Source: Candidatus Limnocylindrales bacterium
GTDB taxonomy: Bacteria; Chloroflexota; Limnocylindria; Limnocylindrales; CSP1-4
DNA length: 64,000 bases
Direction: 5' to 3'
Assembly: GCA_035720425.1 (NCBI GenBank)
Contig: DASTOB010000127.1
Location: forward strand, 2,368-66,367
Below, piece by piece: positions 41,163 through 52,003 of the stretch. Each line of letters begins with the position of its first letter. Position 1 is the first letter of the stretch. A program made the translations under genes and the position numbers. Below the pieces are notes generated by a model, which saw nothing but the letters and a program-made list of their open reading frames with translations, was not told the origin of the DNA and did no database searches.

Positions 41163-44003
41163 TCAGGCGTCCCCGCGGGCGAGGCGGCGGAGGACGGCCG
41201 GCAGGATCCCGCCCTGGCGGTAGTAGTCCACCTCGATCGGCCCGTCGAGGCGGGCGACGACGTCGAAGCGGCCGCGCGTACCGTCCTCACGGACGGTGCT
41301 GACGACGAGTCGCTGGCGTGGCGCGAGGCCGTCGACGAGGCCCTCGATGGTGAACGACTCACGCCCGGTCAGGCCGAGTGACGCGATGGTCTCGCCCGGC
41401 GCGAACTGGAGCGGCAGCACCCCCATGCCGACGAGATTGGAGCGGTGGATCCGCTCGTAGCTCTCGGCGATGACGGTCCGGACGCCGAGCAGGAGCGTGC
41501 CCTTCGCCGCCCAGTCGCGTGACGACCCGGAGCCGTATTCGCGGCCGGCGAGCAGAACGAGCGGGACGCCCTCGTCGCGGTAGCGCATCGCCGCGTCGTA
41601 GATGAACTGCTCATCGCCGTCCGGCAGGTGGGCGGTGTACGGGCCCTCGCGCTCCACGAGCCGGTTGCGCAGCCGGATGTTGGCGAACGTGCCGCGCATC
41701 ATGACGTCGTGGTGGCCGCGCCGCGACCCGTACGAGTTGAAGTCGAGCGGCGCGACCCCGCGCCCCTGGAGCCACTGGCCGGCCGGCGACCAGTGAGCGA
41801 TCGAGCCGGCCGGCGAGATGTGGTCCGTCGTCACCGAGTCGCCGAGCACGGCCAGCGCCCGCGCCCCGACGATGTCCGCGATCGGCGCCGGCTCGAACGA
41901 CAGGCCGTCGAAGAACGGCGGCTTCGCGACGTACGTCGAGGCGTCGTCCCAGGCGTAGCGGTCGCCGGCCGGAATCGGCAGCGCTCGCCATCGGTCGTCG
42001 CCATCGAACACGACAGCGTACGTCCGGCGGAACAGCTCGGGATCGATCGAGTCGGCGATGACCGACCGGATCTCGTCGGGCGACGGCCACAGGTCGGCAA
42101 GGAAGACCGGCCGACCGTCCGAGTCGGTCCCGAGCGGCTCGGCAGTGAGGTCGATGTCGACCTGACCGGCCAGTGCGAACGCGACGACGAGCGGCGGCGA
42201 GGCGAGGTAGCTCGCCCGCGCGAGCGGGTGGATGCGGCCCTCGAAGTTGCGGTTACCGGACAGGACGGCGGCGACGACGAGGTCGTGCTCCTCGACGGCC
42301 TGCGCGATCGGTGCATCGAGCGGCCCGGAGTTGCCGATGCACGTCGTGCAGCCGTAGCCGGCGAGGGCGAAGCCGAGCGTCTCGAGCGGGGCCAGGAGCC
42401 CGGCCGCCTCGAGGTATCCCGTGACCGCCTTCGAGCCGGGCGCGAGGGAGGTCTTGACGGTCGGTCCGACGCGCAACCCGCGGGCGACGGCGTTGCGGGC
42501 GAGCAGGCCGGCACCGACCATGACCGTGGGGTTCGACGTGTTCGTGCACGACGTGATCGCCGCGATCGCCACCGATCCGCTCCGGATCGTCGCCCGCTGC
42601 CCGCGGACCTCGATGTCGACCGGGCGATATGCCTGCCGGATCGGCCGACCGGCGGGCACGGGGTCGGCCGCCGGCGCGCTGTCGCGTCCGCCGTCGGCGC
42701 CGGCGAACGACGGTGCGTCGCTGGCCGGGAACGACTCGGCCGACGCCTCCTCGACCTCGCCGCCTTCCGGCGCGCCACGGTCGGCTCCGTGACCGTCGAG
42801 CGCCTCGAGGCCGTTCGGGAAGTTGGTCCTGAAGTTGTCACGGAGCGCGCCGAGGGGTACGCGATCCTGCGGTCGGCGCGGCCCGGCGACGGACGGCTCG
42901 ACGGTGGCGAGGTCGAGCTCGAGGAGGTCGTCGAACTGCGGCCCGGCGCCGGGCTCGCGCCACAGCCCCTGCTCCTTGGCATAGCGCTCGACGAGGTCGA
43001 TCCGCTCCGCCGATCGCCCGGTCAGCCGGAGATAGCCGAGCGTCTCGTCGTCGATCGGGAAAAGCGTCGCCGTGGCCCCGAACTCCGGGCTCATGTTGCT
43101 GATCGTCGCCCGATCTGCGAGGGAGAGGCCGGCGAGGCCGTCGCCGGCGAACTCGACGAACGCTCCGACGACGCCGAACCGCCGGAGCATCTCGGTCACG
43201 ACGAGGACGAGGTCGGTCGCCGTCGAGCCGCCTGGCAGCTCGCCGTGAAGTCGGACGCCGACCACGCGCGGCATCGGCTGGTAGAGCGGCTGTCCGAGCA
43301 GCACCGCCTCGGCCTCGATCCCGCCGACGCCGTAGCCGAGCACGCCGAGCGCGTTGATCATCGTCGTGTGCGAGTCGGTCCCGACGAGCGTGTCCGGGAA
43401 GGCGACCCGCCGGCCGTCCGCGTCGGGTCGGTCATCGATCACGGAGGCGAGGTATTCGAGGTTGACCTGGTGGACGATGCCAGTTCCGGGCGGCACGACG
43501 CGCAGGTCGCGGAACGCGGTCTGCGCCCAGCGCAGGAGCTGGTAGCGCTCGCCGTTGCGCTCGTACTCGCGCTCGACGTTGAAGGCGAACGCGGCGGCCG
43601 TCCCGAACAGGTCGACCTGCACGGAGTGGTCGATGACGAGGTCGGCGGGCACGAGCGGGTTGACCCGGGCGGGGTCGCCGCCGAGCGCGGCCATCGCGTC
43701 GCGCATGACCGCGAGGTCGACGATCGCCGGCACGCCGGTGAAGTCCTGGAGGACGACCCGCGAGGGCATGAACGGGACCTCGGCCTCCGCGGCGGCGCCC
43801 GGCCGCCACGCGGCGAGGGTCTCGACATCCTCCGGCCGAACGATCCCGTCGCCCGCATGCCGGAGGACGTTCTCGAGCAGGATCCTGACCGTGACCGGCG
43901 CCCGCTCGAGGTCGACCAGGTCCGCGAGCACGGCGAGCCGATAGAAGTCCGGCAGCCCGGTCCCGAGGGTCGCCCGGGCGCTGAATGGGTCGATCTGGGG
44001 CAC
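41163..44003 (-). CDS. acnA: aconitate hydratase A
   Basis: Full-length aconitase similarity with the cluster ligand motifs [12 protein letters not shown] and [14 protein letters not shown] 44003 lies 9 nt after AGGAGAGGA. The ORF-track TTG at 44045 is less likely. Confidence 0.95.
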   Translation of the reverse strand: MPQIDPFSARATLGTGLPDFYRLAVLADLVDLERAPVTVRILLENVLRHAGDGIVRPEDVETLAAWRPGAAAEAEVPFMPSRVVLQDFTGVPAIVDLAVMRDAMAALGGDPARVNPLVPADLVIDHSVQVDLFGTAAAFAFNVEREYERNGERYQLLRWAQTAFRDLRVVPPGTGIVHQVNLEYLASVIDDRPDADGRRVAFPDTLVGTDSHTTMINALGVLGYGVGGIEAEAVLLGQPLYQPMPRVVGVRLHGELPGGSTATDLVLVVTEMLRRFGVVGAFVEFAGDGLAGLSLADRATISNMSPEFGATATLFPIDDETLGYLRLTGRSAERIDLVERYAKEQGLWREPGAGPQFDDLLELDLATVEPSVAGPRRPQDRVPLGALRDNFRTNFPNGLEALDGHGADRGAPEGGEVEEASAESFPASDAPSFAGADGGRDSAPAADPVPAGRPIRQAYRPVDIEVRGQRATIRSGSVAIAAITSCTNTSNPTVMVGAGLLARNAVARGLRVGPTVKTSLAPGSKAVTGYLEAAGLLAPLETLGFALAGYGCTTCIGNSGPLDAPIAQAVEEHDLVVAAVLSGNRNFEGRIHPLARASYLASPPLVVAFALAGQVDIDLTAEPLGTDSDGRPVFLADLWPSPDEIRSVIADSIDPELFRRTYAVVFDGDDRWRALPIPAGDRYAWDDASTYVAKPPFFDGLSFEPAPIADIVGARALAVLGDSVTTDHISPAGSIAHWSPAGQWLQGRGVAPLDFNSYGSRRGHHDVMMRGTFANIRLRNRLVEREGPYTAHLPDGDEQFIYDAAMRYRDEGVPLVLLAGREYGSGSSRDWAAKGTLLLGVRTVIAESYERIHRSNLVGMGVLPLQFAPGETIASLGLTGRESFTIEGLVDGLAPRQRLVVSTVREDGTRGRFDVVARLDGPIEVDYYRQGGILPAVLRRLARGDA

Positions 44004-44086
44004 GCCGGTCTGTCCTCTCCTGGTCGCTACACTCGCCGCATGCAAGAGTACCGCGCGAGGCGCCCGGGACGGGTCCGACCGCGCTC

Positions 44087-45115
44087 GTGAGGGGCTGGAC
44101 GGATCCGGACGAGCCTCTCGATGCCCTGCGCGAGCAGGGCATCGATCTCGATCCGCCCCCGCCCGGCCAGCACCGCCACGGCGACACGATCCACCCGGAC
44201 GGTCATACCCATCCCCACGTCCGCAGTGAGCCCGGCGACCCGCCGATCATCGGGATCGTCGGCGCCGGCGCGGTCGGCACCGCCCTCGGCCTCGCCCTGC
44301 GGCGCGCGGGCTGGCCGATCGGCGCGGTCGCGAGCCGGGACGCCGGCCGGCGCGAGCGGTTCCGGAGCATCGTCGACGGGGTCCGCGCGTTCGCCGAGGC
44401 GGAGGCGCTGCTCGACGAGGTGGAGCTCGTGATCCTCGCCGTGCCGGACGACGCGATCGCGCCGCTCGCCGGGCGGCTCCGGATGTACAGCGGCCAGGCC
44501 ATGATCCACACGAGCGGCCTGCTCGGGGCGGACGTCCTCGAACCGGCGATGGCGGCGGGAACCCAGGTCGGCTCGTTCCACCCGCTCGTAGCCTTCGCCG
44601 ATACGGAACGGGCCGTCGCCGCGCTCCACGGGGCCACGATCGCGATCGAGGGCGACGATCAGCTGGCCGCGCTGCTCGCCTCGATGGCGGAGGCGATCGG
44701 CGGCGTGCCGGTCCGGCTCCTGCCCGGGGCGAAGGCCGCCTACCACGCTGCCGCGGTCCTCGCCGCCGGCGGCTTCGTCGCCCTGCTCGACGCGATCGCG
44801 GAGCTCGGCCGCGTGGCCGGCCTCGACGAGGCGGGATCGCTCGCCGTGTACGGACGGTTGATCGAGCAGACGCTCGGGAACGCCCGCGCGCTCGGGATCC
44901 AGGCCGCCCTGACCGGACCGATGACGCGCGGCGACCGCGGCACCGTCGAGGCCCACCTCGCGACCCTCCGGGCGCACGCACCAGGGGTCGTGGATCTCTA
45001 TCGTGCCGCGGCGGAGCGGGAGATCGCACTGGCCGTCGAGCGGGGCACCCTGGCACCGGAAGCCGCCACGGCCCTGCGTGACGCCCTCGCCCGAGCGCTT
45101 GCATCGCCGGCCTGA
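44087..45115 (+). CDS. Rossmann-fold oxidoreductase-like protein with a DUF2520 C-terminal domain
   Basis: IGIVGAGAVGTALG dinucleotide fold and KAAYHAAAVLAAGG in the DUF2520-type C-terminal half. GTG 44087 is the closest canonical start and gives a 55-aa His-rich N-terminal extension. The ORF-track start at 43985 overlaps acnA. Confidence 0.7.
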   Translation: MRGWTDPDEPLDALREQGIDLDPPPPGQHRHGDTIHPDGHTHPHVRSEPGDPPIIGIVGAGAVGTALGLALRRAGWPIGAVASRDAGRRERFRSIVDGVRAFAEAEALLDEVELVILAVPDDAIAPLAGRLRMYSGQAMIHTSGLLGADVLEPAMAAGTQVGSFHPLVAFADTERAVAALHGATIAIEGDDQLAALLASMAEAIGGVPVRLLPGAKAAYHAAAVLAAGGFVALLDAIAELGRVAGLDEAGSLAVYGRLIEQTLGNARALGIQAALTGPMTRGDRGTVEAHLATLRAHAPGVVDLYRAAAEREIALAVERGTLAPEAATALRDALARALASPA

Positions 45116-45388
45116 CGCGGTACCATTGCCCCCCATGGAGCACAGCATCGCCGCGAGGTTCGCGGTCCGTCCCGCGGCGCGGTTCGTGCGTCCGTCCGCC
45201 CGATCGCGAGAGCGCCACCTGGGGCTCCGCGCGGCGGGTTCGTTCCACGCCGCGCCGACGCGGGCGACGGTCCTCAGACGCGCGGATCCGGGCCCGCTCG
45301 CCGGCCTCCGCTCCGGTGGTCGCTCGATCACCGCCGCCACGCCGTTCCGGTCGTCGTCCGGGCGGCCTCGCCCGGTCGTCGCGATGCA

Positions 45389-45940
45389 GTGGGCGCGATC
45401 CGCACGTCCCGGGACGGGTCGCCGCGCCAGCGCCGCTCCGGCGCCGTGGCGCGCCTGAGGACGGCGACCGCCACCTCCGCCGGAGGCGTCGTCGTCCGGT
45501 TCGAGGGCCGGGACCCGCAGCTCGTCGTCGGCATGCGCCGGCGTGATCGCGACGGCGTCACGTGGACCCTGCCGAAGGGAACCCCGATCTCCGGCGAGTC
45601 GCGCGAGGAAACGGCCGTCCGCGAGGTGACCGAGGAGACGGGTCTCGCGGTCCGGATCACCGGCCCGCTCGAGTCGATCGAGTACACGTTCATCCAGCGC
45701 GGAACGCGCATCCACAAGACGGTCCACTACTTCCTCATGGAACCGATCGGCGGCGACCTTGCGCGGCACGACCATGAGTTCGAGCGGGTGCGCTGGGTCG
45801 GCTTTGACGAGGCGCCGTCGCTCCTGACGTTCGAGACGGAGCGCGCCCTCGTCTCTCGTGCCGCGGGCCTCCTGTCCGCCGCCGCCCGCTCGTCGGCGTC
45901 CGGCGCGGGTGATGCCCGACCGAGCGAAGCCGGAGCCTGA
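45389..45940 (+). CDS. NUDIX hydrolase
   Basis: NUDIX box [22 protein letters not shown]. The start is uncertain (several in-frame GTGs). Confidence 0.8.
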   Translation: MGAIRTSRDGSPRQRRSGAVARLRTATATSAGGVVVRFEGRDPQLVVGMRRRDRDGVTWTLPKGTPISGESREETAVREVTEETGLAVRITGPLESIEYTFIQRGTRIHKTVHYFLMEPIGGDLARHDHEFERVRWVGFDEAPSLLTFETERALVSRAAGLLSAAARSSASGAGDARPSEAGA

Positions 45941-45942
45941 CG

Positions 45943-47058
45943 ATGTCCGAGCCCGACGCGGGCGAGCTCCACGAAACACCACTGGCGGACCTCCATCGCG
46001 CACTCGGCGCGCGCATCGTCGAGTTCGCCGGCTGGCTCATGCCCGTCCAGTACCGCGGCATCATCGAGGAGCATCGAGCCGTCCGGGAGCGTGCGGGCCT
46101 GTTCGACCTGTCGCACATGGGCGAGCTGTTCGTCGAGGGTCCGCAGGCGGCCGACGGGCTGGCCGGTGCGCTCGTCTCCGATCCGCGCACCCTCGCGGTC
46201 GGACGCGCCCACTACTCGATGATCTGCGCTCCCGACGGCGGAGTCATCGACGACCTCATCGTGTATCGACTCGCCGAGGAGCGCTTCCTCGTCGTCGCCA
46301 ACGCCGGCAACAGCCAGGTCGTCAGCGACGCGCTCGCGGAGCGGCTGGCCGGCGTCCGCGCCGTCCTCGACGACCGGGCGCTCGCGACGGCCCTCGTGGC
46401 CGTGCAGGGGCCGGCCTCGGCCGGGATCCTCGGACCCCTGACCGACGTCGATCTCGGCCGGCTCCGCTACTACGCGATCGCGGAGGGCGCGGTTGCCGGC
46501 ATTCCCGCCCTCGTCGCCCGGACCGGCTACACCGGGGAGGACGGCTTCGAGGTGTTCGTGGAGTGGGACCAGGCACGCCCGCTGTGGGACGCCCTCGCCG
46601 CGGCGGGCGAGTCCGCGGGACTCGTGCCCGTCGGCCTCGGCGCCCGCGACACGCTCCGGCTCGAGGCGGGCATGCCGCTCTATGGCAACGAGCTCGACCG
46701 GACGACCAACCCGTACGAGGCCGGTCTCGGCCGGGTGGTCAAGCTCGACAAGGGCGTCGAGTTCGTCGGCCGGGCGGCGCTCGAGAAGGCGTCGCGTGAC
46801 GGCGTCGGGCGTCGCCTGGTCGGGCTCGTCGTGCGCGGCCGGGGGATCGCCCGGCACGGCTACCCGGTCTGGGCCGGGGATCGCCGGACCGGGGCCGTCA
46901 CGAGTGGTGCGCCGTCTCCGACCCTCGGCAGCCCGATCGCGATGGCCTACGTCGCGCCGCGCGACGCGGAACCGGGTACGATCCTCGACGTCGAGATCCG
47001 AGATGGGCGAGTGCCTGCCGAGGTGGTCGCCCTCCCGTTCTACCGTCGTCCCGCCTGA
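45943..47058 (+). CDS. gcvT: glycine cleavage system aminomethyltransferase (T protein)
   Basis: Full-length GcvT similarity ([28 protein letters not shown]..., [18 protein letters not shown]). Confidence 0.95.
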   Translation: MSEPDAGELHETPLADLHRALGARIVEFAGWLMPVQYRGIIEEHRAVRERAGLFDLSHMGELFVEGPQAADGLAGALVSDPRTLAVGRAHYSMICAPDGGVIDDLIVYRLAEERFLVVANAGNSQVVSDALAERLAGVRAVLDDRALATALVAVQGPASAGILGPLTDVDLGRLRYYAIAEGAVAGIPALVARTGYTGEDGFEVFVEWDQARPLWDALAAAGESAGLVPVGLGARDTLRLEAGMPLYGNELDRTTNPYEAGLGRVVKLDKGVEFVGRAALEKASRDGVGRRLVGLVVRGRGIARHGYPVWAGDRRTGAVTSGAPSPTLGSPIAMAYVAPRDAEPGTILDVEIRDGRVPAEVVALPFYRRPA

Positions 47059-47110
47059 TCGGCCCCGACGCGGCGTCCCCTGTCGCGTCCAGCGAAGGAG
47101 AGCACGCTCG

Positions 47111-47491
47111 ATGGTCCCACCCGACCTGCGCTACACGAAGGACCACGAGTGGGTCCGACTCGACGGCGACGAGGCGACGATCGGCATCACGGCGTACGCC
47201 GCGGACCAGCTCGGCGACATCGTCTTCGTCGAGCTGCCCGATGCCGGCCGGACGGTCGAGCAGTTCGCGGCATTCGGCGTCGTCGAGTCGGTCAAGGCGG
47301 TGAGCGACCTGTTCGCGCCCGTGTCCGGTGAGGTCCTCGAGGCAAACGGCAGCCTGTCCGCCCAGCCGGAGCTCGTCAACGAGGAGCCATTCGGGGCCGG
47401 CTGGATGATCCGCCTCCGGGTGTCGGATCCGTCCCAGCTCGACGACCTGCTCGACGCCGCGGCCTACGACGCGCTCGTCGCCGCCGGCTGA
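47111..47491 (+). CDS. gcvH: glycine cleavage system H protein
   Basis: YTKDHEWV and the lipoyl-lysine motif [12 protein letters not shown] behind GAAGGAGAG. Confidence 0.95.
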   Translation: MVPPDLRYTKDHEWVRLDGDEATIGITAYAADQLGDIVFVELPDAGRTVEQFAAFGVVESVKAVSDLFAPVSGEVLEANGSLSAQPELVNEEPFGAGWMIRLRVSDPSQLDDLLDAAAYDALVAAG

Positions 47492-47496
47492 CCGCG

Positions 47497-48903
47497 ATGC
47501 CGTACGGACCACATACGACCGCCGATCGCGAGCGGATGCTCGCGGCCCTCGGCATCTCGAGCGTCGACGAGCTGTTCGACGACATCCCGGTCGAGCTCCG
47601 GGCGAGTGGTCTCGACCTGCCGGAGCCGGAGCCGGAGCTCCAGCTGTCGGCGCGACTCCAGGCGCTCGCCGGGCGAAATCGCACCGACCTCGTGTCCTTC
47701 CTCGGCGCCGGGGTGTACCGCCACTGGAGTCCGCCGGCGGTCGACCAGCTTCTCGTGCGCGGTGAGTGGTACACGGCCTACACGCCGTACCAGCCCGAGG
47801 TCAGCCAGGGGACGCTCCAGAGCATCTACGAGTACCAATCGCTGCTGGCCGAACTGACCGGCCTGCCGGTCGTGTCGGCGTCGCACTACGACGGCGCGGC
47901 GGCAACCGCGGAGGCCGCGCTCATGGCCTGCCGGCAGACGAGGCGCGATCGCGTCCTCGTTTCCCGCGCGGTCCACCCGCACTACCGCGACACGGTCCGG
48001 ACGTACCTCGGCCCGCGGCTCGAGCTCGACGAGCTCCCGCTCGTCGCGGACGGGGAGCGGGCCGGAACGACGGATCTCGACGCACTCGAGCGCCTGCTGG
48101 CCGATCCGGATCACCCGATCGCGGGCGTCGTCCTCGCGCAGCCGAACTTCCTCGGCCTGCTCGAGGACATGCCGCGCGTCGCCGAACTCGCCCACGCCGC
48201 CGGTGCCCTGTTCGTGGCGGTCGTCGAGCCGGTGTCCCTGGCGGTGCTCGCGCCACCCGGCGCCTACGGGGCCGACATCGCCGCCGGCGAGGGCCAGCCG
48301 CTCGGCATCCCGCCGCAGTACGGCGGGCCGTACCTCGGCATCCTCGCCGCCACGGAACCGCTCGTCCGGCAGATCCCCGGGCGGTTGGTGGGCATGACGA
48401 CAGACCTCGACGGCCGCCGGGCGTTCGTCATGACCCTGCGCGCGCGCGAGCAGGACATCCGGCGTGACAAGGCCGCGAGCAACATCTGCACGAACCAGGC
48501 GCTGCTCGCCCTCGCCGCGTCGATCTACCTCGCCGCGATCGGGCCGCACGGCCTGCGCGACGTCGCCGCGCTCGGGGCAGCCCGCGCTCGCGAGCTGGAG
48601 GAGGCGCTCGCGGCGGCCGGCGTGCCGCGCCTCCACCCGGGCCCGTACCTCAACGAGTTCGCCGTGCGCGTGCCCAGCGCCCGGGCGGTCCACCGCCGCC
48701 TCATCGAGCGCGGCATCCTTGCCGGCCTCGTGCTCGCCGACGCCCTTCCGGATCAGCCCGGCGTCGACGATGGCCTGCTCGTGTGCGCAACCGAAGTTAC
48801 GACCGGCGACGACATCGATCGCTTCGCGGCCGCCCTCGCCGACGAGCTGCGGGCCGAGCCGGGCGGCCGCAAGGCCGGTCACCTGGCGACGGGGACACGC
48901 TGA
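47497..48903 (+). CDS. gcvPA: glycine dehydrogenase (decarboxylating) subunit 1
   Basis: Typical split P-protein N-terminal subunit (YTPYQPEVSQGTLQSIYEYQ, NICTNQAL). Confidence 0.95.
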   Translation: MPYGPHTTADRERMLAALGISSVDELFDDIPVELRASGLDLPEPEPELQLSARLQALAGRNRTDLVSFLGAGVYRHWSPPAVDQLLVRGEWYTAYTPYQPEVSQGTLQSIYEYQSLLAELTGLPVVSASHYDGAAATAEAALMACRQTRRDRVLVSRAVHPHYRDTVRTYLGPRLELDELPLVADGERAGTTDLDALERLLADPDHPIAGVVLAQPNFLGLLEDMPRVAELAHAAGALFVAVVEPVSLAVLAPPGAYGADIAAGEGQPLGIPPQYGGPYLGILAATEPLVRQIPGRLVGMTTDLDGRRAFVMTLRAREQDIRRDKAASNICTNQALLALAASIYLAAIGPHGLRDVAALGAARARELEEALAAAGVPRLHPGPYLNEFAVRVPSARAVHRRLIERGILAGLVLADALPDQPGVDDGLLVCATEVTTGDDIDRFAAALADELRAEPGGRKAGHLATGTR

Positions 48904-50402
48904 TGGGCGTCGTCGGACCCCGTCTTCAGCCGACCCTCGACGAGCGCTCGCGGCCGGGCCGCGGTGGCGGCAAGATTCCGCATGCGCCGGCCGGCGCACT
49001 CGATCGCATCCCGGCCGCGGCCCTGCGCGACACGCCGCCCGCCCTGCCGGAGCTCAACGAACCGGACGTCGTTCGCCACTACGTCAACCTGTCGCAGCTC
49101 AACTTCGCGGTCGATACCGGGTTCTACCCGCTCGGCTCGTGCACGATGAAGTTCAACCCCAAGCTCAACGAGTGGGCCGCCCGTCTGCCGGGCTTCGCCC
49201 AGCTTCACCCGTACGCGCCCGACGAGGTCGCGCAGGGCACGCTGCAGCTCCTGTTCGAGCTCGAGCAGTGGCTGGCGGAGATCTCCGGCATGCGCGCCGT
49301 CACGCTCCAGCCGGCGGCCGGCGCGCAGGGCGAACTGACCGGAATCCTCATGATCCGGGCCTATCACCGGGCCCGTGGCGATGTCGAGCGGGACGAAGTG
49401 CTCGTCCCGGATTCGTCGCACGGCACGAATCCCGCAACCGCGTCGATGGCCGGGTTCAGAACCATCACGATCCCGTCCGCCGCAGACGGCGGCGTCGACG
49501 TCGCCGCGTTCGAGGCGGCGCTCGGCCCGCGTACGGCCGCGGTCATGATCACGAACCCCTCGACGCTCGGCCTGTTCGAGAGCCGGATCGGCCTCCTGCT
49601 CGACGAGGTCCATGCGGCCGGCGCGCTCGCCTACATGGACGGCGCCAACCTCAACGCGATCCTCGGCCGGTTCAAGCCGGGCGAGGCCGGCTTCGACGTC
49701 ATGCACTTCAACGTCCACAAGACGTTCAGCACGCCCCACGGCGGCGGCGGCCCGGGGGCCGGTCCCGTCGGGGTGGGGGAGCGGCTGCTCCCGTACCTGC
49801 CGTCACCGCGAGTCCTGCGCGAGGCGGAAGGATCGTATCGGCTCGAGCGCCCGGGCGAGCGGCCAACCTCGATCGGTCGCCTGCGCAGCTTCGTCGGCAA
49901 CACCGGCGTCCTCGTGCGCGCCTACGCCTACCTGCGCGCCCACGGCGGGAGCGGCCTGCGCGAGGTGAGCGACGACGCCGTGCTTGCGGCCAACTACCTC
50001 AAGCATCGGGTGGCCGAGGCGTACGACATCCCGTACGACCGGCCGTGCAAGCACGAGTTCGTGGCCTCGGCCACGGGCCTCAAGAAGAGTACCGGGGTCC
50101 GCACGCTCGATGTCGCGAAGCGCCTCATCGACAAGGGCTTCCACCCACCGACGATCTACTTCCCGCTCATCGTCGACGAGGGCATGCTCATCGAGCCGAC
50201 CGAAACGGAATCGGTCGAGACGCTCGATGCCTTTGCCGATGCGCTCGTCGAGATCGCCGCTGAGGCCGAGTCTGATTCCGAACTCGTCACGACGGCGCCG
50301 CACACCGCCCCGGTCCGTCGCCTCGATGAGGCGACGGCCGCACGCCAGCCGAACCTGCGCTGGCGACCGATGACCGGGCGTCAGATGCCCTGCCCGGACT
50401 GA
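48903..50402 (+). CDS. gcvPB: glycine dehydrogenase (decarboxylating) subunit 2
   Basis: GSCTMKFNP and the PLP-lysine region NVHKTFSTPHGGGGPG. ATG overlaps the gcvPA stop codon (TGATG). Confidence 0.95.
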   Translation: MGVVGPRLQPTLDERSRPGRGGGKIPHAPAGALDRIPAAALRDTPPALPELNEPDVVRHYVNLSQLNFAVDTGFYPLGSCTMKFNPKLNEWAARLPGFAQLHPYAPDEVAQGTLQLLFELEQWLAEISGMRAVTLQPAAGAQGELTGILMIRAYHRARGDVERDEVLVPDSSHGTNPATASMAGFRTITIPSAADGGVDVAAFEAALGPRTAAVMITNPSTLGLFESRIGLLLDEVHAAGALAYMDGANLNAILGRFKPGEAGFDVMHFNVHKTFSTPHGGGGPGAGPVGVGERLLPYLPSPRVLREAEGSYRLERPGERPTSIGRLRSFVGNTGVLVRAYAYLRAHGGSGLREVSDDAVLAANYLKHRVAEAYDIPYDRPCKHEFVASATGLKKSTGVRTLDVAKRLIDKGFHPPTIYFPLIVDEGMLIEPTETESVETLDAFADALVEIAAEAESDSELVTTAPHTAPVRRLDEATAARQPNLRWRPMTGRQMPCPD

Positions 50403-50426
50403 TCGGCGGCAACCCGAACCGCCGGA

Positions 50427-50452
50427 TGAACCTTTTCGGCCGATCGGCCGTA
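50427..50452 (+). promoter_or_regulatory. candidate ECF-type promoter (TGAAC-17 nt-CGTA) upstream of the sigma factor gene
   Basis: GGATGAACC, a 17-nt spacer, then CGTATT, about 110 nt upstream of the sigma ORF. Matches the generic GGAAC-N16/17-CGT ECF architecture only loosely. Confidence 0.3.
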
Positions 50453-50561
50453 TTGTCGTGGTACAGAACCCGGGGGTTGGCTGCGCGCGAGCGGAGACCG
50501 ACACACGACTGACGAAACGCGCTCGAGGGCGGAGACGCTCGCCGAGAGTTCGGACGCCGAG

Positions 50562-51140
50562 TTGGTCCGCCGGATGCAGGCGGACGACCTCGATGCGTTC
50601 GAAGTCTTCTTCGCCCGCCATCGCACGCTCATCTTCCGGACGGCCTACGGCCTGACGGGTGATCGACACGCGGCCGAGGAGGTCCTCCAGGACACGTTCG
50701 CCCGGGCGTACCGTCATCGCGCCGCGCTGTTGCCGGATGTGTCGCCGGTGCCGTGGTTGCACCGCGTGGCACTCAACCTGTGCTACTCGCGCCTCGACCG
50801 CCGGCGCCTCGACGCCCAGCCGATCGGCGAGGCGCACGCGGCACTCATCCGGGACGGCGCGATCGAGCCGGCCGAGCGGGCGGAGCAGCGCGAGCTCCGC
50901 GCGATCGTCCGCGAGGGCATCGCCGCGCTGCCGGACAAGCATCAGAGCGTCGTCGTGCTCTACTACCTCCACCGTCTCTCGCTCCAGGAGACGGCCGATG
51001 TGCTCGGGATCCGGCTGGGCACGGTGAAGTCCCGGCTCCACTACGCGCTGCGCACACTGCGAACCCATCTCGAGGGGGATCGCCGGTTCGGCGGCGCGTA
51101 CCTGCCGGCCGGCGGCGACGAGGTCGAAGCGGCGTCATGA
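50562..51140 (+). CDS. ECF (sigma-70 family) RNA polymerase sigma factor
   Basis: Region 2 (DAFEVFFARHRTLIFRTAYGLTGDRHAAEEVLQDTFARAY, WLHRVALN) and region 4 HTH (LSLQETADVLGIRLGTVKSRLHYA). TTG is the first canonical start in the frame. Confidence 0.85.
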   Translation: MVRRMQADDLDAFEVFFARHRTLIFRTAYGLTGDRHAAEEVLQDTFARAYRHRAALLPDVSPVPWLHRVALNLCYSRLDRRRLDAQPIGEAHAALIRDGAIEPAERAEQRELRAIVREGIAALPDKHQSVVVLYYLHRLSLQETADVLGIRLGTVKSRLHYALRTLRTHLEGDRRFGGAYLPAGGDEVEAAS

Positions 51141-51721
51141 TCGACGTCGGCGGAGCCTGCCGCCGTCACCGGGGCGCGCTGCTCGATCTCGCCGTCGGAG
51201 GGCTGCGCGGACCCGGCACCCCGGCGGCACTCGATCATCTCGATACGTGCACGCGGTGCCGTGCCGAGATCGAGTCGACCGTGCTCGCCGCCGCGGCGTT
51301 GCGGCGCCTCGCACCGGACGTCTCGACCGCCGAGCCGCCCGACGACGCGTGGCCGCGCCTCCGGGATCGCGTGGCGAGGCGACCGCCCGCGCGTCTCGGC
51401 TTCATGTCGCCCGTGGCGGGCATGGCGATGAGCCTCGCGATCGTGGTCGTGACCGTCGTCGGTGCCCCCGGGCTGCCGGGCTCGGAGCCGGAGGCAGCCG
51501 GGCCGATCGGCGCGGTGGCTGCCGACCAGCTCGAGCCGGTCGAGGAAGCCTGGCTGCGCGGCCGCGTCCTGCCGACGCGCCGTGCGCCGTCGTCGGCGGC
51601 AGCCACCGCGGTCGCGCCCGCGCCGAGCCGCGGTCAATCGTTCCTCGGACCCGATGGCCTCGGGACCCCGACGCTCGACGCGGGTCGGGGCCGAGCGGCA
51701 TCCACCACATCGATCGAGTGA
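51137..51721 (+). CDS. zinc-finger (ZAS-type) anti-sigma factor, single-pass membrane protein
   Basis: ATGA overlap with the sigma gene. HLDTCTRC (HxxxCxxC) motif. Central TM helix (MSPVAGMAMSLAIVVVTVVGA). Confidence 0.7.
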   Translation: MIDVGGACRRHRGALLDLAVGGLRGPGTPAALDHLDTCTRCRAEIESTVLAAAALRRLAPDVSTAEPPDDAWPRLRDRVARRPPARLGFMSPVAGMAMSLAIVVVTVVGAPGLPGSEPEAAGPIGAVAADQLEPVEEAWLRGRVLPTRRAPSSAAATAVAPAPSRGQSFLGPDGLGTPTLDAGRGRAASTTSIE

Positions 51722-52003
51722 GCTCGTGCCGGCCGGTCCGATCGCCGGCGAACCGCAGGATGGAGGTGCCATCGAGCAAACGAGGGACCCGCGGGCCGGT
51801 TGACAGCCCGAAGAAGGGGGTCCCATAGTACGGCGAAGTGCCGCGGTCGTAGCTCACCGTGCGCTTCGATGTGTCCCGTTCGCCGTCCTGTCGGGGGAGC
51901 CGACTGTTCCGGACGGCCGGGAGAGACGGGATCACGTCGAGGCTCCGACCGATCGTCGGCGCGTGGGAGTCAATCGGGACCAACCCGCTTGGAGGAGCAG
52001 TTG

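Noticed and set aside
42630-42815. An apparent acidic low-complexity insertion in aconitase (…[34 protein letters not shown]…).
   Set aside because: From memory, a similar acidic ESFPASD-containing linker occurs at this position in AcnA of other high-GC Gram-positive-type bacteria. It is probably a lineage-typical linker rather than a novelty. I could not verify this without an alignment.
45116-45388. Possible glycine riboswitch in the 270-bp spacer upstream of the NUDIX-gcvTHP operon. Fragments present are GCGAGAG, CGCCGACGCGGGCGA and CCTCAGACGCGCGGATC.
   Set aside because: The highly conserved cores (GGAGAG, C[AG]CCGAAGG[AG]GCAA, CTCAGGCAAAAGGAC) are not matched, and I could not build the P1-P3 architecture convincingly by hand. 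An Infernal scan with RF00504 would settle it. A hit above the gathering threshold would overturn this rejection.
51722-52003. Long (about 280 bp) upstream region of the first peptide-ABC operon as a possible riboswitch (cobalamin or Ni/Co type) or leader. It contains TTGACA about 18 nt before CATAGT.
   Set aside because: A plausible promoter is present, but I recognise no B12 box or other riboswitch core. The GC-rich pairings I can draw are no better than expected by chance. It is worth only a routine Rfam scan.
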